Translations under genes and position numbers: made by a program | Shown here: positions 16,603-25,218 of the stretch, piece after piece | How positions within the stretch are numbered: the stretch's first letter is position 1 | Layout of the letters: each line of letters opens with the position of its first letter | The notes under the pieces: model-generated | Seen by the model: the letters and a program-made list of their open reading frames with translations, nothing else | Database searches by the model: none | What the model was told of the DNA's origin: nothing | Assembly: GCA_942493105.1 (NCBI GenBank) | Contig: OW818668.1 | Coordinates: forward strand, 1,920,001-1,952,000 | Direction of reading: 5' to 3' | DNA from: an uncultured Erysipelotrichaceae bacterium | Lineage (GTDB): Bacteria > Bacillota_I > Bacilli_A > Erysipelotrichales > Erysipelotrichaceae | Length of the DNA: 32,000 nucleotides

Positions 16603-18684
16603 TTAGCTAACTTGCATGATTTTATCACATATAGCGATAATGTAGTTTGGGATCTGATTAAAGTGATATTGGTTTAGTGAATATAGATAATCATTCTCTA
16701 TATGATACGATTCATCAATATATTTCCAAAGTATTTTGTTCTCCTCACTTGAGCCATTCTTTGCGCCGTAAAATCGAGTTAAGTGAATCTTGCTAATATC
16801 AGCACTGGTCAAATACAGTTGAAGAATTACATCATTATTAGAATAATTTTTGATAAAGACATCATAATCGAACTCTTTAATGAACATTCTAATCGAATTC
16901 TGCCCTTCTCTAAGTTCAACTTCAGTAAGGTCTCTATTATTCTCATCACTAATTCTCCAATATGGCTTTTCGCTATGTTTCAGAAAACTTGAGATAAGAT
17001 GATATTCAGGTGTATTCAACTTATTGGTTAATTCTAGATATTTTCTCAGATGAACCAGTCTGCTAACCATATTTATCGAGGAATCCTTTGAATTTGCTTC
17101 TTCACTTTTCACGATATTCATTAAACAATCCTTGCTAATCTCAAGTTCTTGAATATCATTGTTATTCAAAACTAAGTATGTAGCCACACATAAATCCCTG
17201 CTAGGTCTTCCAATATAGACTAGATCTATAACCGGAACTAGATCATGTGTAAGCAATAAGACAGTCTTATTACAAAAATTCTCATGACGACTGCTTTTAA
17301 ATAAGTGGTGGAATATTGCGTATTTTTTATTTGTATCAAATGAAGATACTGGGTCGTCAAGAATAACTAAATCTGGCTTCTTTGCATTTGCTTCAATTGA
17401 AAACAAAATTAGTGATATCGCATTAAACTCTCCATAACTCAAACTCGATGAACTAACAATAACCTCACTTTGTCGTTTTGGTCTCAAAACTGTTTTGAAA
17501 ATAGTGTTATTCTCTGGTAAAACAGCAATCTCATATGGTATTCCTGATAAGGTCAAGAACTCATTAACGTATATTAGAGCCTTATCAATGTTTGATGACA
17601 ACACCGAATTGAGAGCTCCGAGACCTATAATTAGATCATCGATAATTTTGATTGTTTGTTCGATATTTGTGTTAATATCAACTGACAATTGAAACATATT
17701 TTCATTAATCTCTTCAAATAGACTAGTGTTAAGCTTTTGCTGTTCTAGATAAGTCTTTAGTGTTCTTTCTTTCAGATTATCTAGTAACTTTATTGGAGAC
17801 AGACTTTTTAAGCGATTCAACTTGTCTTTCTCGTTTTTGAGGATTTCAAGGTGAGACTCAATTAGTCTCGCTTTGTGATTTGGAATTTGAGTTGTTAATG
17901 CTGCAATTTCCCTTAATTCAGACTTCAACATGGGTGTCGAATAATATGTAAACTTCCCCAAGATCTCCTTTGAAGTAATGTTGTTCTTAACAACCGTATT
18001 GTCAAAAGTCGCCTTAATTTGATTTCTTTGTTGTGGAAACGCAGCATTTAGCTCCCCGAGACAAAAAGGGCATTCAGTCTCATCAATAATCACTGAATCA
18101 GCCTCTTTAAACCACTTGCTCCAACTAGCTACTTTATCAGACAAGATATATTTTCTATAGGGTTCTACCAAATCGGTTATTAATTGATCGAAGTTCCCGC
18201 TTTTATATCCTTTTCCAAACTTAGTTCTTGAATCAACGTCATGATTACCTGTGAAACTAATATCGGTTGAAAAGGATTCCACAGTTGTGATAAATTGTTG
18301 AATTTGATCAATAGATACTAAACTAATAATGCCATTCAATTTTCCTTCTATTTCGTTCTTCTTTTGCTCATAATTCGGGGTTTTTACCACTAATTCATAG
18401 GTATTGTTAATTACATCATTCTTGTATAAGCAATTGTCAATGTACTGTTTATCAAATATCATGCAAGTTTTAATAAGATCAGGAATGTCTACAGTTGGAA
18501 TTATCTGAGATCCATATTTTTTTAGTTCTGTAAGCTTATCAGGATTATTCAATTGTGCACTAATAGCTTTTCCTATAGTGGTTTTTCCAAGGCCATTGCA
18601 TCCTAATTTAAGATTCAGTTTGTTTGGCACAACACTAATCAATGCACAATCGAAGTTCCCTGCTTTCTTTACTTTAATATCCAT
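16603..18684 (-). CDS. ABC/SMC-type ATPase of the AAA_13 (PrrC/RloC-like) kind with an uncharacterised C-terminal domain
   Basis: 693-aa ORF. The ATPase motifs are Walker A GCNGLGKTT (aa 28-36), signature-like LSYGE (415-419), Walker B LVILDD (439-444) and LLLTHD (476-481). A roughly 370-aa insert between Walker A and the signature contains CPFC (205-208). The C-terminal 200 aa contain RKYLE and ESYHIEN. RBS GGGAGGGG. Confidence 0.75.
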   Translation of the reverse strand: MDIKVKKAGNFDCALISVVPNKLNLKLGCNGLGKTTIGKAISAQLNNPDKLTELKKYGSQIIPTVDIPDLIKTCMIFDKQYIDNCLYKNDVINNTYELVVKTPNYEQKKNEIEGKLNGIISLVSIDQIQQFITTVESFSTDISFTGNHDVDSRTKFGKGYKSGNFDQLITDLVEPYRKYILSDKVASWSKWFKEADSVIIDETECPFCLGELNAAFPQQRNQIKATFDNTVVKNNITSKEILGKFTYYSTPMLKSELREIAALTTQIPNHKARLIESHLEILKNEKDKLNRLKSLSPIKLLDNLKERTLKTYLEQQKLNTSLFEEINENMFQLSVDINTNIEQTIKIIDDLIIGLGALNSVLSSNIDKALIYVNEFLTLSGIPYEIAVLPENNTIFKTVLRPKRQSEVIVSSSSLSYGEFNAISLILFSIEANAKKPDLVILDDPVSSFDTNKKYAIFHHLFKSSRHENFCNKTVLLLTHDLVPVIDLVYIGRPSRDLCVATYLVLNNNDIQELEISKDCLMNIVKSEEANSKDSSINMVSRLVHLRKYLELTNKLNTPEYHLISSFLKHSEKPYWRISDENNRDLTEVELREGQNSIRMFIKEFDYDVFIKNYSNNDVILQLYLTSADISKIHLTRFYGAKNGSSEENKILWKYIDESYHIENDYLYSLNQYHFNQIPNYIIAICDKIMQVS

Positions 18685-18808
18685 TGTCCCCTCCCGGTTT
18701 TGGTTATCATTTTCATATTCTAAATTATTTGCAAGATAACCTTTACATTATAATTCACATCAATTGTCATCATTATACCGCTTATTTACTAGAGATTTTG
18801 TTAGATTT

Positions 18809-19564
18809 TTACTGCCAATACTTTTTGGGAGAATCGACCACTTTTTTCGGCTCTTTAGAGATCGGTTTTTGTATCTTTTTTTTCTTATCTTGAATCTTTT
18901 TTTGTGGTTCCTGTTTCTTTACTGGTGGTTCATAATCAACTAGAAACCATTCGATGTCAATTCGTCTTTCGTCCAGAATCCTATAGTATATGTATTTATC
19001 GAAATATTTCTTTATCTGATCAACGATTTCGTCATTAATCTGCTTTAGTCCAGAAATCTTATACACCCATTCAGGTTCCATGTCCTTTTCAACTGCTTTT
19101 TCTGTTGTTGGGACTTTGCCTGTATGATCAAAACCACCGTATTCCTCATTCCAGAACGGCTTCATTTCAATAATCTTCTTTCCTCTATTCTTGTTATAAA
19201 GTGTTGTTGCTATTAAATATATAGGTCCACGGATCCCTTCAGTTCTTTGTTTGGATATATCCTCATGGGCCACTTCCCATGTTATGGCTCTGCATAATGA
19301 GGTATATTCTACATCGGATTGATCTTGAGTCTTTTTGGGATACTTAGGAAGAATTTTCCTATCAAACAATTCAACTATCATGTAGTTAAACCCTGACCGG
19401 CCATAGCTTCTTGATCTATAATCATACCCAACAACATCGATCCACTTCGATTTTGTGTCAAGATCATTCACATTAATTTTCACAAAAAATACGACTTGTG
19501 ATTCTTCAGTCTTAATGTAGGTAGAATATCGCTTAAGAAGTGATTTGTAATTGTTGTCAATCAT
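18809..19564 (-). CDS. Hypothetical protein with lysine-rich C-terminal tail
   Basis: The ORF starts at the ATG at 19564 (MIDNNYKSLL) behind GGGGGAAAG. I recognise no motif. The tail is PPVKKQEPQKKIQDKKKKIQKPISKEPKK. Confidence 0.6.
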   Translation of the reverse strand: MIDNNYKSLLKRYSTYIKTEESQVVFFVKINVNDLDTKSKWIDVVGYDYRSRSYGRSGFNYMIVELFDRKILPKYPKKTQDQSDVEYTSLCRAITWEVAHEDISKQRTEGIRGPIYLIATTLYNKNRGKKIIEMKPFWNEEYGGFDHTGKVPTTEKAVEKDMEPEWVYKISGLKQINDEIVDQIKKYFDKYIYYRILDERRIDIEWFLVDYEPPVKKQEPQKKIQDKKKKIQKPISKEPKKVVDSPKKYWQ

Positions 19565-19649
19565 ACTTTCCCCCAAAAATGCTCGCTAATACAAATATTA
19601 TCACTTAATGTATTCGTGGTAAACAAATGTTTATTGTATTCTGATTTGA

Positions 19650-19874
19650 TTATGAAACAACTTTAATTTCTTTTGTATACAAACCAATTAAGAAATCTTC
19701 ATACTGCATTTTGAAACCCTCAAATTCGATTGTTATGTCAGTGTTGGCGAGTTGCTCCTGGGTGATCTCACCAAGTACTTCCATAATGGCTTGTTCCTCT
19801 ATTCCTTCAATCGTAATAATTTGTCCACTTCGTTTACCAGTATGATATTGAATAACAACTGTATATTGATCCAT
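19650..19874 (-). CDS. Hypothetical small acidic protein
   Basis: 74-aa ORF with a GAGGTG RBS. It is the first gene after the terminator at 19922-19980. Confidence 0.55.
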   Translation of the reverse strand: MDQYTVVIQYHTGKRSGQIITIEGIEEQAIMEVLGEITQEQLANTDITIEFEGFKMQYEDFLIGLYTKEIKVVS

Positions 19875-19921
19875 GTTTCACCTCAATTCTTTATTCGCAT
19901 AGGATTTGGATGTTCCTAAAA

Positions 19922-19980
19922 TAAAAAAAGAACTCGCTACTGGGGGATAATGGGGGATCATCTGGTAGCGGGTTCTTTTT
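19922..19980. terminator. Bidirectional rho-independent terminator separating the ParB-methylase from the accessory cassette
   Basis: A 12-bp stem, agaactcgctac (19929-19940) pairing with gtagcgggttct (19965-19976), has one mismatch or wobble. It is flanked by an A8 run and a T5 run. The loop carries tggggga twice. Confidence 0.6.
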
Positions 19981-20003
19981 GATTATAAACTATTTTTAGT
20001 TAT

Positions 20004-21320
20004 TCAATCCTGAAACTTTATTGCTTTTCGTTTAGTATGATCTTCCCATCGGGTTACAATCACATCCACATATCTTGGATCCAGTTCCATGGCATAGCAG
20101 GTCCGTTCTAATTGATCTGCAGCTATGAGAGTTGAGCCGCTGCCAGCGAAGGGTTCATACACGAGTTGACCCTTTATACTGGAATTCTTAATCAGCTTGC
20201 CAATCAGCGGGATGGGCTTCATCGTTGGATGCAGATCACTCTTGAGTGGTTTGTTTTCATAGAGGACTGTAGATTGTTGATCATCCATGATTCTCTTCAG
20301 GATCTCGACGAGTTCCTCTTTCTTCATCTTCTCGATGCTTTGAGTATCATCGAACACAGTTGCCTGGGTTCGGTCATCCACGAAGTAGTGTCCTACCCCT
20401 TCCTTCCAACCATACAAGATCGGCTCATGTCTCCAATGGTAATCATGCCGGCTGAGATTGAACGAATTCTTTACCCAGATTAGATTCTCTGAAAACTTGA
20501 ATCCGGCTTTCTGAAATGCATACTCGAAGCTCAGACGCTCTACATCACTGTGGAAGACATAGATGACTCCCCCGATCTTCAGGTGCTCATAAGCGTTGGT
20601 ATACATTGCCAAGAGGAAATGGTAGAAGTTGTTGCTGTCCATGTGGTCATTGAGGATCTCGTTGTTCTTCCGTTGGCCATTCTTGAACATCTTGTGGTAG
20701 TCAATCTTATTCTCATAATTCACATTGTAGGGTGGATCGGTGACGATCAAGTCAGCGAGCTTTCCTTGCATGAGCATCAGCACGTCATTTGGATCCGTAC
20801 TATCGCCACACATCAACCGATGTTCTCCCAGCTGATAGATACACCCTCTCTTTGACTTCGGTTCTTCTATGGCTTCTAAAGCGCCTTCCACATCGAATTC
20901 ATCATCAGTAGCCACACCGGTATCCATTTTGGCCATGAGCTCTTTGATCTCTTCATCATCGAAGCCGGTCATCCCAACATCGATCTGGTTCTCCAGCTCT
21001 AGGAGAAGATCCTTGAGCTTGTCCATCTGCCATTCCCCAGAGATTTTATTGAGGGCTATATTGAGGGCTTTCTCTTTGACCTTGTCAACATCCACGATGA
21101 TGACATCGACTTCCTGGTAGCCCATGTCTTTGAGTACTGTGGCTCTTTGATGACCCCCGATGATGGTCAGGTCATGATTGACGATGATCGGATCCACATA
21201 GCCGAATTCCTGGATACTGCGTTTGATCTTTTCGTATTCCGGATCCCCACTCTTTAGAGCTTTCCTGGGGTTGTAGTCTGCGTATTTAAGGTCTGTAATG
21301 ACCATTTTATTAAGTTGCAT
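20004..21320 (-). CDS. ParB-like nuclease domain fused to N4/N6 DNA methyltransferase (phage orphan methylase type)
   Basis: 438-aa ORF. It has an N-terminal ParB-N pattern (YNPRK...IIGGHQR), LIVTDPPYNV (motif IV) and EPFAGSGSTLIAA (motif I), in beta-class order. Confidence 0.85.
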   Translation of the reverse strand: MQLNKMVITDLKYADYNPRKALKSGDPEYEKIKRSIQEFGYVDPIIVNHDLTIIGGHQRATVLKDMGYQEVDVIIVDVDKVKEKALNIALNKISGEWQMDKLKDLLLELENQIDVGMTGFDDEEIKELMAKMDTGVATDDEFDVEGALEAIEEPKSKRGCIYQLGEHRLMCGDSTDPNDVLMLMQGKLADLIVTDPPYNVNYENKIDYHKMFKNGQRKNNEILNDHMDSNNFYHFLLAMYTNAYEHLKIGGVIYVFHSDVERLSFEYAFQKAGFKFSENLIWVKNSFNLSRHDYHWRHEPILYGWKEGVGHYFVDDRTQATVFDDTQSIEKMKKEELVEILKRIMDDQQSTVLYENKPLKSDLHPTMKPIPLIGKLIKNSSIKGQLVYEPFAGSGSTLIAADQLERTCYAMELDPRYVDVIVTRWEDHTKRKAIKFQD

Positions 21321-21330
21321 TGAGTTTCCT

Positions 21331-21625
21331 TTAGAATGGCTTTATCAGTCTTAGATAAGCTGCCTGGAGGGTGATCTCATTGACCAATCGGTTTCTCCAG
21401 ACATAGTAGGTCGTCTTCTCAACATTTAGCATTTCGAAGATGTTTTGTTCTGGTAGCTTTTGAACATATTTTAGCTGCATGAGCTTGCCAATTTCAGTTC
21501 CCTCATACTTCTGAAACATGCCTTCAATGATGGTGGGACCATCTCTGATCATCCAGCACCTTGGATTCTTTGACTTTCTGGCGGTTGTAGAGGTAGTATT
21601 CGACGCTTTCGCGATATTTATTCAT
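21331..21625 (-). pseudogene. Phage late-regulator-like protein (sigma-70 region-4-like HTH, ArpU/RinA-like) with its reading frame split
   Basis: The ATG at 21625 overlaps the DnaC-like stop (ATGAATAA) and reads MNKYRESVEYYLYNRQKVKESKVLDDQR before stopping. The track ORF 21331-21552 continues in another frame (IRDGPTIIEG...LPEQNIFEMLNVEKTTYYVWRNRL). Confidence 0.45.
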
Positions 21626-22428
21626 ATTTTTCCCTTTCTCTCATACGGATATTCATGTGTTGATTCTGGTTGAGCTGAGTACAGTACCCCTTTGTCTTCT
21701 CGAAGATCCTAGAGGCAATGGCTTCATCGATGGCCATGAGTTCTTTTATGACCTTCTCACTGCTGATGATGGTAATCAAGTCTTTATTCTGGTACCTCGC
21801 ATTGAGGATCTCAAAGGCGATGGTGATGTCAGTGGTTGATGGTGACTTCCCTTTCTCGGTTTTGAAGAGGTCATCGATATACAAGACTTCCTTCGTTTTG
21901 AACGGTTCAATCACTTTCATATACTCTTTTCCATCAGCAACAAATGATTTGAGTTTGACAACTTCTTCTCGCCAAAGCATATATAGCGCCTGTTTCCCTT
22001 GCTTCATCAGCTCATTGACGATTGCGGTACAGATGTGGGTCTTGCCGGCTCCAACTTGGCCACCAATGAAGAACCAATGGGCTTTATCACTCACAAAGGC
22101 TTGAGCTGATTCTTTGATGATCCGCTGCCACATCGCTTTTCCTTCAAATGTTTCAAAAGTGTAGTCCTGGATCATCTTTTGCATTCCGCTCTGTTGGACA
22201 TTCACTTTGTTTTGACGTTGCCTTTGGCATTCGCAAGGCTTTAGAGCTTTATACCCTTCATCCAGAATCATGATGTAGCCCTTGTTTTTGCAGGTTCGAC
22301 AATCCTTTCCCTTGAGATACCCTTCCTCTTCGTTATAGCGTTGGATCTGAACTTCTATACTTATACTTTGATTGGAAAGCTGCTGATTTCTGAAAGGATC
22401 CGGCAAACTTTCTTGAATGGATTTCATC
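21618..22428 (-). CDS. DnaC/IstB-like helicase-loader ATPase
   Basis: Walker A GGQVGAGKTH and Walker B EVLYIDDLF, with an N-terminal Cys cluster (CRTCKNKGY...CEC). I prefer the ATG at 22428 (GAGGT RBS) to the track start at 22469. Confidence 0.8.
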
Positions 22429-22478
22429 AGTTTTACCTCGATTTTTATTCTCGGCCTTGATTTACTCAAGTGAACTTA

Positions 22479-22624
22479 AGTGACATGTTTATTTTTCCAT
22501 CAAGGGGGAGGAGTTTATAAGTTTTTCTTTAAGTATTATCTTTGTATTACTTCTATAACTTCTAAATCTTCTTATATATAGAAGGAAAAAGTAGTGACAA
22601 GTATAATGACATTGATAGTGACAT
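22479..22624. repeat. Iteron-like short repeats and AT-rich palindrome; candidate replication origin
   Basis: The motif (a/t)agtgaca or aatgaca occurs at 22479, 22593, 22605 and 22617; the last three have 12-bp spacing. There are three tandem 9-mers, tacttctat/aacttctaa/atcttctta (22548-22574). The palindrome cttct-tatatat-agaag lies at 22568-22584. Confidence 0.5.
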
Positions 22625-22626
22625 TT

Positions 22627-23028
22627 TCAAGAGGATTTGGCGATTTTCTCTCTTAACCTTTTTGCTTTTTGGACATTTTTGTTATCTTCACGGATCTTGG
22701 CCATCTTCTTTGTGCTCTGGTATTTCTCCCAGTTTTTAATTCGAATAACATTATCTTCGATGGTGATCATATCCTGTTGAAGGTATTCATTTAAGACCTT
22801 TTTCATCAAAGCAACTGGATAGCCGAGATACGCGGCCAAGTCTTTAGCATCATAGGGAACGTCTCCTGCCACCATCAGCCTTCCATCCGCGTTGGATTCA
22901 CCTCCAACAAGCAGAAGCAACACCCATATGTAGGCAATAGTTGATCCTTGAGGTAAAGTTTTGAGATACCTCATTTTCTTGTTATGGATGAGGTCAAGAT
23001 GAACCTTGATCCACATTATTTTCTTCAT
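22627..23028 (-). CDS. Phage replisome organizer, N-terminal domain protein
   Basis: 133-aa ORF. WIKVHLDLIHNKKMRYLKTLPQGSTIAYIWVLLLLVGGESNADGRL matches the usual pattern of that family. Confidence 0.7.
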   Translation of the reverse strand: MKKIMWIKVHLDLIHNKKMRYLKTLPQGSTIAYIWVLLLLVGGESNADGRLMVAGDVPYDAKDLAAYLGYPVALMKKVLNEYLQQDMITIEDNVIRIKNWEKYQSTKKMAKIREDNKNVQKAKRLREKIAKSS

Positions 23029-23030
23029 GG

Positions 23031-23894
23031 TTATTCCCCTTTGGTTTTCTGTGATCTAAGCTTTTCCAGCTTGTCACGCTTTTCTTCAATGGAGGATCGG
23101 GTATAGATACGAGTCGTCTCCAAGGAACTGTGACCTAGGATGTCCGCTAGATCCAAGACATTGTTGTATTGAGCCATAAATGACTTCGCAAACAGATGCC
23201 TGAAACTATGCGGATGAACCTTGTTGAGATTCACTCGTGCTGTTCCGGCGATCTTCTTCATCTGTCTCCAGATGGTGGAATAACTGATGGTGAAGATCGG
23301 ACCATCCTGGATCCGGTGATCTCGACAGTATTTCCTCAGTTCTCGGGTCAGTTCCTGAGTTAGGATGATATCTCTTTCCTTACCCTTGTTCTTCACATTG
23401 AAGTGATAATTTTTCAAATTGGCTACAGTAAACCACTCGAGCTCATTGATACGGATCCCGGTGGTTAAAATGATTTTCATGATCAGGTAGAGATCGTCTC
23501 TACCCCTTTTTTTCGCAAATCGTAATAGTCGCTTGGCATCTGCTTCAGTGACCACATTGGAGATGCTTGATTTTTGTTGCGTCTTGATTTGACGGACCCT
23601 AAGGTCGCCTTGACCGCACCACTTCAGAAAGGTATTCAGGATAGTGAGGTAATTATTGATACTGGAGGTCTGGTACCGTCCGTCGCATAGAAGGTCCTTA
23701 TACTCCAGAATATGTTCTTTCGTGATTTCCAGGTCATCGGGAATGAAGTCAATGAACTTCTGGACATCTCTTGTGTATTTCGAGAGTGTCTTTTTACTTT
23801 TCTCATTGAGTCTTTGTTCCTGTATGAATTGGGACTGCTTATCAACATAGTCTTCCTTACGCATGATCGATTGACCTGCTTGGGCAAGATCCAT
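23031..23894 (-). CDS. Tyrosine recombinase (XerC/D-like), second recombinase of the element
   Basis: 287-aa ORF with TGIRINEL, HSFRHLFA and LGHSSLETTRIYT (R..HxxR..Y pattern). The start codon is uncertain because there is no clear RBS at 23894. Confidence 0.8.
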   Translation of the reverse strand: MDLAQAGQSIMRKEDYVDKQSQFIQEQRLNEKSKKTLSKYTRDVQKFIDFIPDDLEITKEHILEYKDLLCDGRYQTSSINNYLTILNTFLKWCGQGDLRVRQIKTQQKSSISNVVTEADAKRLLRFAKKRGRDDLYLIMKIILTTGIRINELEWFTVANLKNYHFNVKNKGKERDIILTQELTRELRKYCRDHRIQDGPIFTISYSTIWRQMKKIAGTARVNLNKVHPHSFRHLFAKSFMAQYNNVLDLADILGHSSLETTRIYTRSSIEEKRDKLEKLRSQKTKGE

Positions 23895-23932
23895 GAAGTG
23901 ACTGTGTCAAATGAAATTTGTCTCTTGAGACT

Positions 23933-24187
23933 TTAATTGGACAGTTCACCGGTCTCCTGGTACTGGACAGCGTTTTGTTCTTTATATTGCTTCAGTGCGA
24001 AACTATAATTGAGTCCTAAGACCTTGAACACCAGTTGTGAAGGGACCTTGTTGGGACGGATGTTCATAGGATCGTTTTCCAGCTTCTTACAAGCTTCAAA
24101 CACCTTAGACACATTCTCCCATCTAGTACCGCCTAACAGCTCTCTTATGTCGCTTTTGGTCGCATAGGGGCTAAATAGTATCTTCAT
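23933..24187 (-). CDS. Hypothetical early-region protein
   Basis: 84-aa ORF with a GGAGGT RBS, directly downstream of cro. No family recognised. Confidence 0.5.
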   Translation of the reverse strand: MKILFSPYATKSDIRELLGGTRWENVSKVFEACKKLENDPMNIRPNKVPSQLVFKVLGLNYSFALKQYKEQNAVQYQETGELSN

Positions 24188-24225
24188 AAGCCGACCTCCG
24201 ATTCATCAATGCACAATACGTGATT

Positions 24226-24426
24226 TCATTCTGTGAAGAACAACAGATCGACACGAGTGTCATAGAATTTGGATATTTGTGCCTTCACAGCATCTCTGGG
24301 CACTCTGGTTCCATTCTCATAGGATTCCAGTGCTCTGATCGTAATTCCAATCGCTTTGGCTACTTCTTCTCTACTTTTACCTCCTCTCAGTTCTACAAGT
24401 CGTTTGGCAATGTTACTTCGTTCCAT
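24226..24426 (-). CDS. Cro-like XRE-family HTH regulator
   Basis: 66-aa ORF with the HTH SREEVAKAIGITIRALESYENG. It is divergent from the cI-like gene. RBS GAGGAAGG. Confidence 0.8.
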   Translation of the reverse strand: MERSNIAKRLVELRGGKSREEVAKAIGITIRALESYENGTRVPRDAVKAQISKFYDTRVDLLFFTE

Positions 24427-24581
24427 GCCTTCCTCATTTCTCCCATACCTCGGGGTCCATGCGGTGTCCTCACCGCACTGTGATTATATGCTAGAATATT
24501 TCTTAACCAGTGTCAACTCATTAAGTGAATTTCACAATCACAGCACATTTAGTGTGTTATACTGTTTTTGAGGTAAATATC
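24427..24581. promoter_or_regulatory. Divergent cI/cro switch region
   Basis: On the minus strand, TTGACA (plus 24511-24516) is followed after 17 nt by TAGCAT. On the plus strand there is TGCTAGAAT (24489-24497). Other elements are the hairpin gcggtg-tcct-caccgc (24461-24476) and TGTGATT / AATCACA half-sites at 24479-24485 and 24535-24541. Confidence 0.5.
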
Positions 24582-25217
24582 ATGGCCACATTTGGTGAAC
24601 GTTTACGTGAATTAAGAAAAGCATCAGGTATGATGCAAAAAGAACTGGCAGCTGCCGTTGGGATGGGTGAAAGTACCATCAGCATGTACGAAAAAGAGAA
24701 CCGGGAACCGGACTTCGAAACCCTTGAGATGTTTGCGGATTACTTCAATGTCGATATCAACTACATCCTTGGTCGTACCGAAACAACCACCTACATCCCT
24801 TCTACTCGACCTAGATTCATAGTCAGGAAGGTCCCGGTCTACGGGAGGATCCCGGCTGGTACTCCATTTGAAGCAATCCAGGATACCTATGGCGAAGTGG
24901 ATGTCCCTTCTCAGTTTCAAAACAAGGAAGATCTGTTTGGGTTACTGGTTGTTGGGGACTCTATGAACCGGGTTATTCCGGATGGCTACATTGCCCTTCT
25001 GCAGAAAACCGATGTACTTCAGAATGGCGAGATTGGTGCAGTTATGATAAACGGGTACGATGCGACCCTAAAGAAGTTTTTTAAGTTAACGGACTACGTG
25101 GTTTTAGAACCACTCAGTTATAATCCCGATCACAAGCCAACGATGATCGGATCAGATGGTCCAGAGATCCGCGTGATCGGAAAGCTGCTGTGGGCTTGCA
25201 CAGCAAAGGGGTGGTAA
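24582..25217 (+). CDS. cI/LexA-like repressor (XRE HTH plus S24 peptidase domain)
   Basis: The start is at ATG 24582 behind GAGGT. The HTH is MQKELAAAVGMGESTISMYE. The S24 motifs are VVGDSM (Ser) and TLKKF (Lys). Confidence 0.85.
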   Translation: MATFGERLRELRKASGMMQKELAAAVGMGESTISMYEKENREPDFETLEMFADYFNVDINYILGRTETTTYIPSTRPRFIVRKVPVYGRIPAGTPFEAIQDTYGEVDVPSQFQNKEDLFGLLVVGDSMNRVIPDGYIALLQKTDVLQNGEIGAVMINGYDATLKKFFKLTDYVVLEPLSYNPDHKPTMIGSDGPEIRVIGKLLWACTAKGW

Positions 25218-25218
25218 T

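Noticed and set aside
20166-21120. Several plus-strand ORFs antisense to large minus-strand genes: 20166-20483, 20550-20855, 20869-21120, 21718-22104, 836-1099, 6622-7218 and 12252-12739.
   Set aside because: All lie inside well-supported genes on the opposite strand. They have low-complexity or hydrophobic junk-like sequences and no RBS, which is typical of shadow ORFs.
22429-22469. The track start (TTG-type, MSKSRPRIKIEVKL...) for the DnaC-like gene.
   Set aside because: The internal ATG at 22428 has a well-spaced GAGGT RBS. The 14 extra codons would extend into the iteron region.
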